Assembly: GCA_045641065.1 (NCBI GenBank)
Contig: JAZUGF010000013.1
Span: 1,045 to 65,044 of the forward strand
DNA length: 64,000 nucleotides
Reading direction: 5' to 3'
DNA from: Paludibacteraceae bacterium
Lineage (GTDB): Bacteria > Bacteroidota > Bacteroidia > Bacteroidales > Paludibacteraceae
The position numbers and the translations under genes were made by a program. Each line of letters starts with the position of its first letter. Position 1 is the stretch's first letter. A model generated the notes under the pieces. It had not been told where the DNA came from, did not search any database, and worked only from the letters and a program-made list of their open reading frames with translations. Shown piece by piece: positions 18,701 to 26,627 of the stretch.

Positions 18701-19769
18701 CAACGATAAGACTGTTTTGACTGTCGTCGACGAGGGAATTGGTATGACTCCTGAGTTTTTGGAGAAAATCAGAAACAGTGAGAATATCGTCTCACGTCAG
18801 GGTACGGAGAACGAGAAAGGTTACGGAATGGGATTGAAGATTGTTACCGATTTCGTAAATAAGATGGGAGCGACGATTGATTTCGCAAGTGAGACGAATG
18901 TCGGAACGCAGATCACCGTGTCGATGAATACAGGTATGGAGATTTCTACAGAATCTGATAAGATAGAGGAGAAAGTCGTTGAATCTAAGCCAGATGTGCT
19001 TGAAGGCATCGATAAATCGTTCTTTGAGGGCAAGACAGTGCTTGCTGTCGACGACGATCCACTTCTTCTTGATAATATTAAAGCCATGCTGAGTGATTAT
19101 GTCACTGTGGAGACGGCATCAAATGGAGTCGAGGGAATAGATGTGGCGGAAAAAGTCATTCCGGATTTGATCATCAGCGACGTCGAGATGCCAAATATGA
19201 ATGGACTCGATATGTGTAGGGATCTTGCTCAAAGAGCCAACACGTCAAATATTCCGGTTTTGTTCCTATCTGCAGTCCGAGATATGTCGACGCGAATTGC
19301 GGGACTCTCAGCTGGAGCCGTAGATTATATAGTCAAACCATTCAATGAGGGAGAGTTGTTGCTCAAGACATATAATTTCCTACGTATGCAGCAGCACCGT
19401 CAGATTAAGATATTGGCTGGCTCGCTTAATGACGAAAACGATAACGAAAACGAAAAAAGTGAGATTAACCCATTGATTCAGCAACTTCTCGACTGTATCA
19501 AGAAGAATTACGGAAATGCGGACTATTCTTTTAACGATATTGCTAAAGATCTCGGTTTCAGCAAATCCACATTGACGCGTCGTTTGAAATCGTTGATAGA
19601 CAAGTCTCCTATTGAGATTCTGTCAGAGTACCGTCTGCATAAAGCCCAAACATTGCTTGCTGAAGGAAAAATGTCAGTGAGTGAGATTGCATACGAGGTC
19701 GGCTTCAATGATCCATCGTATTTCAGCAGAAAATATAAAGATTTCTTTGGTACAAGCCCAACAAAATAG
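15765..19769 (+). CDS. Hybrid two-component system sensor kinase/response regulator with AraC-type HTH (HTCS)
   Basis: Periplasmic beta-propeller-type repeats and a TM helix. H-box SHDLKNP, HATPase region (…DEGIGM…GYGMGL), receiver domain (DLIISDVEMPNMNG), and a C-terminal AraC HTH (…GFNDPSYFSRKYKDFFG). Confidence 0.9.
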   Translation: MIRLLQYRHNILALLLCLLNSGAIYGEIQSYFFHYTTKEGLASNNVHDIVEDQHGFIWLATHYGISRFDGCCFRNYEQSNFPDMKRNDTYHAFKLPNGDITFGGSNFTIYSYDYKKHTFHDISGFVADEAHNSDITGCSIQPDGECLLTSIGMGVFSYDKNANTFRPICTKIKDKKVLEVFKDFKGRYWIGCYGGVYIADIEGNIQFDFRPRINELINNILQIDPLHLLLCSNVGSLWMSDLNGDIPSIEKIPTPFRSVSSICKSSDNTILLGTSGEGLWQTTYSDGKFTFDRIVPINKADATMSKVSAIYVDSKKRAWISTNDNGIWCINSMSDAKSFSSIELGIPKSVGSSLCPCDGGRMLLATDGAGLILLDSTNNVLKHWTTANGLPSNNVLSIEKYQKGYMLSFWGGDPVCLTLEDKKIQPINFNKLHTPFSSQLMQTNTVKNILKKKDGTYLLSTGGYGVYELNNNVVSNIFLNPKLLHDSQDLWMEQAFQLSDGSVRILSSRTVWSNRDGEFKPVYPDIAQANSQNPLLFLQGCEDKDGGYFVVANRGVFRFSADDSHYETLDFLPSGEYFAIQKTDDGKLWVTSTKGIIAIDYKNKSYETIFSAEGLSGDYFVRKASCMSEDGKLMFGCKHGFVCVNPKYVSKDATEHLSFSELYINEEKADLDLNKKIVLDYGQTHLKLTLDVVNYAEPNTYDLRYRVMPVDTIWNRVAPSREITIDVLPDGDFDIEVGVFSPNGKLYQAISLPLKVLPPWWKSTQFILLCIALFIALGFFVSNRRVAALKRKKEELQKAVDEKTVDLRNANEVLVNQKKAIEEKNESLLNTLKLKDQLVSVVSHDLKNPMFAIVTTLRRVMSNNQSEEVSRRLLSDATSEAEKIQQEMVKLLQWASNSEQKMKCEIGNVNLTKLVADIVTFLQPLCDEKEITLEFSVDNLSHNVLADEKMLAVVVRNLISNAIKFTGRGKKIKVGAIEVNDKTVLTVVDEGIGMTPEFLEKIRNSENIVSRQGTENEKGYGMGLKIVTDFVNKMGATIDFASETNVGTQITVSMNTGMEISTESDKIEEKVVESKPDVLEGIDKSFFEGKTVLAVDDDPLLLDNIKAMLSDYVTVETASNGVEGIDVAEKVIPDLIISDVEMPNMNGLDMCRDLAQRANTSNIPVLFLSAVRDMSTRIAGLSAGAVDYIVKPFNEGELLLKTYNFLRMQQHRQIKILAGSLNDENDNENEKSEINPLIQQLLDCIKKNYGNADYSFNDIAKDLGFSKSTLTRRLKSLIDKSPIEILSEYRLHKAQTLLAEGKMSVSEIAYEVGFNDPSYFSRKYKDFFGTSPTK
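19433..19456 (+). repeat. ACGAAA/ACGATA hexamer array (4 units) inside the HTCS linker
   Basis: ACGAAA ACGATA ACGAAA ACGAAA read directly; encodes DENDNENE between the receiver and AraC domains. Confidence 0.85.
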
Positions 19770-19780
19770 AATACATGGTG

Positions 19781-19824
19781 ATAAGAGGTGGTATTTATGT
19801 ATGGAGATAATTACCACCTCTTAT
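19781..19824 (+). terminator. 13-bp perfect hairpin after the HTCS gene
   Basis: ATAAGAGGTGGTA … TACCACCTCTTAT with an 18-nt loop. There is no clear T-run, so terminator function is tentative. Confidence 0.45.
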
Positions 19825-19930
19825 GGATAAAAGTTTCAAAAAGGATTTAATCAATAAAAACGACATCATTTTCAACCTGCCTAAACCGAAAAAAATCCCA
19901 TTTCATCGCTTTTTTTCCTAGTTGAACTCG

Positions 19931-19963
19931 TGGAGTGATTTTCCTATTCTTTGGAGTGATTTT
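19931..19963 (+). promoter_or_regulatory. Two copies of TGGAGTGATTTT spaced 21 bp apart (candidate AraC/HTCS operator)
   Basis: Identical 12-mers at 19931-19942 and 19952-19963, 26 nt upstream of the -7 box of the PL11 gene. Confidence 0.5.
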
Positions 19964-19988
19964 AAATTTCCACCATTGACCTTTGACC

Positions 19989-19996
19989 TATCTTTG
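19989..19996 (+). promoter_or_regulatory. -7 box (TAtcTTTG) of the PL11 gene
   Basis: Consensus match, followed by an A-rich ~120-nt leader before the ATG at 20119. Confidence 0.4.
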
Positions 19997-20118
19997 CAAT
20001 GTGATCGGAACACAACCGGTTGCGAAACAAAAAAAAACAACAAAAGGAAAAGGAAAAACAAAAAACAAAACACAATTAACAACACAACTAGGCTAATAAC
20101 AATCTAACATCTAATATC

Positions 20119-23100
20119 ATGAAACATTTATTCACTAAATTACTACTTCCATTGGCTGTCGTAGCAGGACAGATGGATGCATCTGCAGCAACAAAGCAGA
20201 TGGAGTATCTTAATAGAGGTGTTGTTGCCGTAAAGACAGGCAACGGAGTTTTTGTAAGCTGGAGATTCTTGGGTAACGATGCTCAGAGCACAGCATTTAA
20301 CATTTATCGTAACGGTACAAAGTTGAATTCAACTCCTATTACAACTAAGACAAATTACGTTGACGCTGGAGGAAACGAGTCGTCAAAGTATGTTGTCAAG
20401 GCAGTTGTCAACAACAAAGAGATTGACGCATCTGACGCAGTGACTCCTTGGGGGCAGCAGTTCAAGACAATCAAGCTAAAGCGTCCAGGTTCTTCTTACG
20501 AGCCTAACGATATGAGCTGTGGTGACGTTGACGGCGACGGTGAATACGAGTTGTTCCTAAAGTGGAATCCAACAAACGCAAAAGATAACTCTCAGTCGGG
20601 TACTACTGGTAACGTATACATCGACTGTTACAAACTAAACGGTACTTTCCTTTGGAGAATCGACCTTGGTAAGAATATCAGAGCAGGTGCTCACTACACT
20701 CAGTTCCAGGTGTTCGACTATGATGGCGACGGTAAGGCTGAGATGGTCTGCAAGACAGCTCCAGGCACAAAAGATGGTAAGGGAAAGAATGTCATCATGG
20801 GTAAGGATAATCCTAATGCTGACTACAGAAACGGTAATGGGTTCATCTTGTCAGGTCCTGAGTATTTGACAGTTTTCGAGGGTGCAACGGGAGCAGAAAT
20901 GAACACTATTGCATACAATCCAGTACGTGGTAACGTAGGTGGATGGGGAGACACATACGGTAACCGTGTCGACAGATTCAACGCTTGTACAGCTTATCTT
21001 GACGGTGTACACCCAAGCGTAGTTATGTGTCGTGGTTACTATACACAGGCTCATGTCGTAGCCTATGATTTGAAAAACGGCAAGTTGGTTCAGCGTTGGG
21101 AGCACCACTCAACAACAGAAGGACAGGGTGCTTACAGTGATGGAAACCATAATGTAAGTGTAGCCGACGTGGATGGCGACGGAAAAGATGAAATCATCCT
21201 TGGTTCTTCTTGTATCGACCACGATGGCAAGCTTTACTACAGAACTGGTTTCGGACACGGTGACGCAATGCACGTGAGCCAGATGGATCCAGACACAGAG
21301 GATTTGGAAGGTTGGTTCTGCCACGAGGAGAGGGGTAGCAAGTACGGATACGAGATGAGAAACCTTCGTACAGGTAAGGTAATCTTCGGTAAGGCAACAG
21401 GTACAGATAACGGTCGTTGTATGGCTGCTGATATTGATGCTAAACACAGAGGTTTTGAGTGCTGGAGTGCTTACAACTCAGATGTATTCGACTGCAAAGG
21501 TAAGGTGATCAGCAACAAGAAACCATCGCAGAACTTCCGTATCTATTGGGACGGTGATCTTCAGGATGAGTTACTTGACGGAACAAAGCTTGACAAGTGG
21601 AATGGCAACGGAACAACAAGATTGATCACTTTGAAGGGTAATTCTTGTAACGGAACAAAGGCTACTCCATGTCTTTCTGCCGATCTATTCGGAGACTGGC
21701 GTGAGGAGGTTATCACTCATAACGGTGCTGATGAGATCTACGTCTACACTACTACAATCGAATCTAAATATCGTTTGTTCACTCTAATGCACGATGCTGT
21801 TTACCGTTGTGGTATCGCATGGCAGAACTCTGCTTACAACCAGCCACCTCATCTTGGTTTCTACATCGGTGATGGCGTTGATAAGATCAAGCAGCCAGAT
21901 ATCTATCTAAACAAGAAGGGTACTGTCACTCCTCCTGCTCCAGAGGTAGCAGAGATGACTTCTACAGGTTCTCTAACTCAGGAACTTTTCGAGGGTGAGG
22001 CAATGGCACCAGTAGTGCTAACAGTAGGCGGAACAGCAACTGGTTTCAAGTATGACGCATTGATCGAAGGTGTGACAGCTAAAGAGGCTAACGGAACATT
22101 GACAATCTCTGGTACTCCTGCTAAGGCTGGTAAGATCACAATCAATAGTGTTGGTGGCAATGAGGTTGTGAAGGTAGAGATCAACATTAATGTTGTGAAC
22201 ACTGGCAATAAGAAACGTGTGGCTTACATTACAGACAATACAAACTCTAATTACAAAAACAACAAAATAATTCCAATGTTGAAGGGTTGCGATGACCTTT
22301 TCGTTCGCGAAATTCAGGCAGACGCTGCAGACGCTAATTTGTCAAGCTTTGATTTGATCGTGATCGGTGAGGAGACTCCATCTACAGCGGCTATCATGGC
22401 AAAACTTGAAGGCATCGCCACTCCAATGTTGAGTATGAAGGTTCACGGCTACAAGGTAGCAGACGGAGCATGGGGATGGGCGACAAAAGGCTACGGCGAC
22501 AACACTGAGGCGACAAACTTGGTAGTTGAGGATGCAGATCAGACTCATCCAATGTTCAAAGACATTGATTTCTCTAAGGGTAATGAGATTCAGATGGTAT
22601 CAGCTGTTGAGACAAAGGCATTGACTTACATGAATCCAGAGTCGTTCACAGATGCAATCGGTGAAATTAACACTATCGCATCAATTAAGGGTGAGGAGCA
22701 GGTAAGTATCTTTGAGATTCCAGAAGGTTCGTCAATTGCAGGAACAAAGATCTCTAAGAAGTTTATCCAGATCGGTTTGAACTCAAGCTCTAACGCTAAT
22801 CTAACAAACGATGGTCTTTCGATCATACGCAACGCTTGCTACTACCTACTTGGTATGAACAATGGTACTGAGACTGATTCTGAAATCATCACTTCTACTA
22901 CAATCGGTTTGAATGTGAACGTCTTCGCAACATCTGATAATTTGACAGTTACTTTCGAGGGTGAGGATTACGACGTGGTTAACATCTCTGTAATCGGCGT
23001 CGCTGGAAAGATGATCAGCAACGACATGATTGAAGCATTCTCAGGCAACAACAGCTACCAGACATCATTGTCAGGATTGCATAAGGGTGTCTACTTGCTA

Positions 23101-23151
23101 ACGATGCAGGGCAAGCATATCAATCACATTTCTAAATTTGTTATCAAATAA
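20119..23151 (+). CDS. Rhamnogalacturonan lyase, PL11 (YesW-like), with extra C-terminal modules and a T9SS sorting domain
   Basis: Signal peptide and a YesW-like N-terminus (LNRGVVAVKTGNGVFVSWRFLGND…FNIYRNG). Repeated Ca-binding D-x-DGDG-x-x-E propeller motifs. A ~220-aa module is shared with the next gene. C-terminal …GVYLLTMQGKHINHISKFVIK is a T9SS CTD. Confidence 0.85.
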   Translation: MKHLFTKLLLPLAVVAGQMDASAATKQMEYLNRGVVAVKTGNGVFVSWRFLGNDAQSTAFNIYRNGTKLNSTPITTKTNYVDAGGNESSKYVVKAVVNNKEIDASDAVTPWGQQFKTIKLKRPGSSYEPNDMSCGDVDGDGEYELFLKWNPTNAKDNSQSGTTGNVYIDCYKLNGTFLWRIDLGKNIRAGAHYTQFQVFDYDGDGKAEMVCKTAPGTKDGKGKNVIMGKDNPNADYRNGNGFILSGPEYLTVFEGATGAEMNTIAYNPVRGNVGGWGDTYGNRVDRFNACTAYLDGVHPSVVMCRGYYTQAHVVAYDLKNGKLVQRWEHHSTTEGQGAYSDGNHNVSVADVDGDGKDEIILGSSCIDHDGKLYYRTGFGHGDAMHVSQMDPDTEDLEGWFCHEERGSKYGYEMRNLRTGKVIFGKATGTDNGRCMAADIDAKHRGFECWSAYNSDVFDCKGKVISNKKPSQNFRIYWDGDLQDELLDGTKLDKWNGNGTTRLITLKGNSCNGTKATPCLSADLFGDWREEVITHNGADEIYVYTTTIESKYRLFTLMHDAVYRCGIAWQNSAYNQPPHLGFYIGDGVDKIKQPDIYLNKKGTVTPPAPEVAEMTSTGSLTQELFEGEAMAPVVLTVGGTATGFKYDALIEGVTAKEANGTLTISGTPAKAGKITINSVGGNEVVKVEININVVNTGNKKRVAYITDNTNSNYKNNKIIPMLKGCDDLFVREIQADAADANLSSFDLIVIGEETPSTAAIMAKLEGIATPMLSMKVHGYKVADGAWGWATKGYGDNTEATNLVVEDADQTHPMFKDIDFSKGNEIQMVSAVETKALTYMNPESFTDAIGEINTIASIKGEEQVSIFEIPEGSSIAGTKISKKFIQIGLNSSSNANLTNDGLSIIRNACYYLLGMNNGTETDSEIITSTTIGLNVNVFATSDNLTVTFEGEDYDVVNISVIGVAGKMISNDMIEAFSGNNSYQTSLSGLHKGVYLLTMQGKHINHISKFVIK

Positions 23152-23177
23152 CACAGGTCCTAAATATCCTTTTTAAT

Positions 23178-23242
23178 AGCACCATTCCTATAGTATTTCC
23201 GTAACCCCACCCCCATAGTCACAGACAGGAATGGTGCTTTTT
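23178..23242 (+). terminator. Hairpin terminator after the PL11 gene
   Basis: 12-bp stem AGCACCATTCCT / AGGAATGGTGCT with a 37-nt loop, followed by TTTTT. Confidence 0.55.
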
Positions 23243-23273
23243 AGGGAAACTAGTAACCAAACAAAATAGTATT

Positions 23274-26200
23274 ATGAGCAAATTCATTTTCAATATAAAA
23301 AGATTGATAGCAGTGTTGATGCTCGTATTAAGCATCCCTACTTTTATCAATGCGCAGATTAGAGTGTTCACAATTGGTGACTCTACAGTTCAGGATTACA
23401 ATGATGGTTACGCACCACGCAAAGGATGGGGACAGATGTTGCCTTTCTTCTTCGATAAGTCGAAAGTGGTGTGCTACAATAAAGCGGTCGGAGGCACAAG
23501 TTCAAAGAGCTTCTACAATGAGAAGTGGGCAGACGTCAGAAAACAGCTAAAGGCAGGTGATTTCGTCTTTATCCAGTTTGGAATCAACGACCGTGCCACT
23601 CAGGCATACCGTTATGCACCAAAAGATACTTTCAACGCATACATCAAGAAGTATGTGAACGATTGTAAAGCAAAGGGAGCTTTCCCAGTGCTGGTGTCGA
23701 CGGTTCGTCGTGCGGCTTGGCAGAATGGTAAACCATACGACTCATACCACGAGCATCCTCAGTTGATGCGTGACTTGGCGTCGTCGCTAAAACTTCCTTT
23801 GGTCGACTTGGATAAGTTCTGCTACGATCTATTCGTTAAGCAGGGACAGCTTTATTCAGAAAGACATCTTACAATGCATCTTGAGGTTGGTGAGTATTCC
23901 AACTATCCAAAGGGCAACACAGACCAGGTTCACTATCAAGAGACTGGTGCTATCGACAACGCAAGATGTGTGATTGAGACAATCGAGAAGAGCAATGATG
24001 CCAATCTAAAGAAGTTGATTCCAGGAATTCTTCCCCGCTACAACGTGACTTTCAAGATCAACGATGCTTCAAAAGCAAAGACAATCTCAAGATCAGCTTC
24101 TTTCCCTGCTGGAATCAACGTCACTCTAAAGACAATTCCTCAGAGCGGAGCTAAGTTCCTTCGTTGGGAAGACGGTACAGGAAAGAGCATTTCCACTACA
24201 TCTTTGAAGGTAATCAAGATGGGTAGTGCCGATATCACTTATAAGGCTGTTTACCAGTCGAATATTGTTGAGAAAGACGAGTTCGATGATAATGCGGAGA
24301 TCACAATCGACAACACAAAGAAGGTGTTGGTTGCTCCAAAGGCTAACAAGTACGTATGGTATTTCAACAATGCCAAGATCACAAATGGAACGACTCAGGA
24401 AATCGCAGTCAACAACAACGGAACATACTCAGTTGAGGTGTTCGATGCTAATGGTAAACTTCTAAAGCGTCTTGACGTTTGCGTCACAATCGGTAAGGAT
24501 GGTGTTGTTCGTAAGATCTATTTGATTGGCGACTCTACTGTTTGCGACTATAAAGACAGCCAGTTCCCAATGACAGGATGGGGCCAGGTGTTGAAGTATT
24601 TCTTCAATTCTGATATCCAGATTGTCAACCATGCTATCGGCGGACGTAGCTCAAGAAGTTTCCGTGAGCAGGGTAGATGGAAGACAGTGTTGAATGCATT
24701 GAAGCCTGGTGACTTCGTATTCATCCAGTTCGGACATAACGACCGTGATACAAAGCCAGAGCGTTACACTCCAGTCGACAAGTATATACTTTACATTGAC
24801 TCATTCGTAGTTGAGACAAGAGGTAAGGGAGCAATTCCAGTGCTTGTATCACCAATGGTGCTTAACGCTTGGAAGAACAATGAGATGAGAAACGTCTTCA
24901 CTGAAAGTGGTGCTGACTATAGAGGTGCGATGGAAGCTGTTGCAAAGAGCAGAAATTGTGCATTTGTTGATTTGAACATGAAGTCGTACAACTACTTCAA
25001 GCAGTTTGATTCAGATTATTTGTCACGCTACTTCTACAATTTCTACCCAGCAGGAGAGTATAGCAACTATCCAAGTGGTAGCAGCGACGGTACTCATTTC
25101 CAGGAGATGGGAGCAATGGCAATGTGCAGATTTATCACTGAAGGACTTCGTGAGATTGAAGATCCATACATCTGCTCACTACAAAGCTATTTGAAACCAT
25201 TGTATAAGGTGACTGTTAAGGCGAATAAAGATAAATTTGGCACAATAACTCAATCTAACACATTCCCAGAGGGATGTCCTGTTTCAGTGAAGGTTCTACC
25301 TTCAAGTGGGAACAAATTCCTAACTTGGAATCAAGACGGCAAGGATGTGGCCAAGACTACCATCTACCGCTTCACAATGGGAGCTAAGAACACTACTCTT
25401 ACAGCAATGTTTGAGGGAGGATCGGAGATTGAGTCAGTCCTTCCGTCGACATTCCCTGCCGACAAGAAGAGAATCGCCTATATCACAGATCCAAATGGAG
25501 CTACATACTCTGATGATCCAATACAGCCAATGTTGAAGGCTCAGAACGACCTATTTGTTTGGGAGATCTCATCAGCTAACTCAGATGTCAATCTTGCCGA
25601 CTTCGATATGGTGTTGATCAGCGAGGAGACACCGTCGACTGCACCTATCATCGCAGAGTTGGAAGGCATCAACAAGCCAGTGTTGAACATGAAGGTTCAT
25701 GCCTACAAGACTGCAGCTGGTGCGTGGGGTTGGGCAACAAAAGACTTTGGCGACAACACTACAGAGACATCAATCTACGTAGAGAGCGAGTATCGTAGCC
25801 ACCAGATGTTCAGTGATATCACATTCGCAACAGGAGAGATTCAGATGGTGTCAGAGGTCAAGGACAAAGCGTTGACATTCATGAATCCAGCGTCGTTCAC
25901 AGAAAAATCAGGACTTATCACTGATATCGCGTCAGTCAAAGGAGAGGAATCTCAGATCTGTATCTTTGAGATTGTTGAAGGTGCGACAATCGGAGGTGTG
26001 ACATTGACAGATAAATTCATCCAGATTGGTTTGAACAGTAGCTCATACGCTAATCTTACCAAAGAGGCTCTTTCGGTAATACGCAATGCATGCTACTATT
26101 TGATGGGAGTCGAGCCAACTACGCCGACAAAAGCAAACACATACGAGGCTTCAACAATGAATATCATGTTGAGTCCAATCCCAGCCCACGACGTCTTGAA

Positions 26201-26408
26201 CGTGTCATGTGAGGCAGATGAGGCTGACAATCTAAGACTCTCAGTAGTTGATGTCATGGGAAGAACAATTCGAGTTTCGACAATGGAGATCATTCCAGGA
26301 TATAATAGTGATACAGTTGATTTGACAGGTATTGCTTCCGGCATCTATATGTTGAGTATGGAAGGTGCCCATATGAATGGAAAATATAAGATTGTAATAA
26401 AAGATTAG
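23274..26408 (+). CDS. Tandem double rhamnogalacturonan acetylesterase (2 x CE12/SGNH) with InlB-B-repeat-like modules, the shared module and a T9SS CTD
   Basis: Two full SGNH block sets: GDSTV/GGTSSKSF/FGINDR/DQVHY and GDSTV/GGRSSRSF/FGHNDR/DGTHF. Each is followed by a ~70-aa Y(N/K)VT(F/V)K… repeat. C-terminal …GIYMLSMEGAHMNGKYKIVIKD. Confidence 0.85.
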   Translation: MSKFIFNIKRLIAVLMLVLSIPTFINAQIRVFTIGDSTVQDYNDGYAPRKGWGQMLPFFFDKSKVVCYNKAVGGTSSKSFYNEKWADVRKQLKAGDFVFIQFGINDRATQAYRYAPKDTFNAYIKKYVNDCKAKGAFPVLVSTVRRAAWQNGKPYDSYHEHPQLMRDLASSLKLPLVDLDKFCYDLFVKQGQLYSERHLTMHLEVGEYSNYPKGNTDQVHYQETGAIDNARCVIETIEKSNDANLKKLIPGILPRYNVTFKINDASKAKTISRSASFPAGINVTLKTIPQSGAKFLRWEDGTGKSISTTSLKVIKMGSADITYKAVYQSNIVEKDEFDDNAEITIDNTKKVLVAPKANKYVWYFNNAKITNGTTQEIAVNNNGTYSVEVFDANGKLLKRLDVCVTIGKDGVVRKIYLIGDSTVCDYKDSQFPMTGWGQVLKYFFNSDIQIVNHAIGGRSSRSFREQGRWKTVLNALKPGDFVFIQFGHNDRDTKPERYTPVDKYILYIDSFVVETRGKGAIPVLVSPMVLNAWKNNEMRNVFTESGADYRGAMEAVAKSRNCAFVDLNMKSYNYFKQFDSDYLSRYFYNFYPAGEYSNYPSGSSDGTHFQEMGAMAMCRFITEGLREIEDPYICSLQSYLKPLYKVTVKANKDKFGTITQSNTFPEGCPVSVKVLPSSGNKFLTWNQDGKDVAKTTIYRFTMGAKNTTLTAMFEGGSEIESVLPSTFPADKKRIAYITDPNGATYSDDPIQPMLKAQNDLFVWEISSANSDVNLADFDMVLISEETPSTAPIIAELEGINKPVLNMKVHAYKTAAGAWGWATKDFGDNTTETSIYVESEYRSHQMFSDITFATGEIQMVSEVKDKALTFMNPASFTEKSGLITDIASVKGEESQICIFEIVEGATIGGVTLTDKFIQIGLNSSSYANLTKEALSVIRNACYYLMGVEPTTPTKANTYEASTMNIMLSPIPAHDVLNVSCEADEADNLRLSVVDVMGRTIRVSTMEIIPGYNSDTVDLTGIASGIYMLSMEGAHMNGKYKIVIKD

Positions 26409-26444
26409 TTTGTTATTGGCCGGGTATTTGTAACCTAATTTTTT

Positions 26445-26478
26445 ACCGTCTGCAGCGAAAGTTGCAGACGGTTTTTTT
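26445..26478 (+). terminator. Rho-independent terminator
   Basis: ACCGTCTGCA-GCGAAAGT-TGCAGACGGT followed by T7. Confidence 0.8.
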
Positions 26479-26595
26479 GTGTGATTCTACACTTTTCTGC
26501 AGATAATACACGTTTAGGTGTCAACCCATTTAAGCCTTTTTAACTTATTGGAAAAATAAAATCATATTTTCATTCATAACTATGTGTCTTATATA

Positions 26596-26603
26596 TACTT
26601 TTG
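26596..26603 (+). promoter_or_regulatory. -7 box (TActTTTG)
   Basis: Consensus match 25 nt upstream of the ATG at 26628. Confidence 0.4.
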
Positions 26604-26627
26604 TATGCTGAAAAATATCGAAAAATT

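Noticed and set aside
19781-19824. 13-bp perfect inverted repeat, considered as a possible invertible promoter switch.
   Set aside because: The spacer is only 18 nt, far too small to carry a promoter. It sits right after the HTCS stop codon, so a terminator or stability hairpin is the simpler reading.
19922-20107. 61-aa ORF in the PL11 upstream region.
   Set aside because: It has a TTG start and spans the direct repeats, the promoter box and the A-rich leader. Its K/N/R-rich tail is just the poly-A-rich leader translated.
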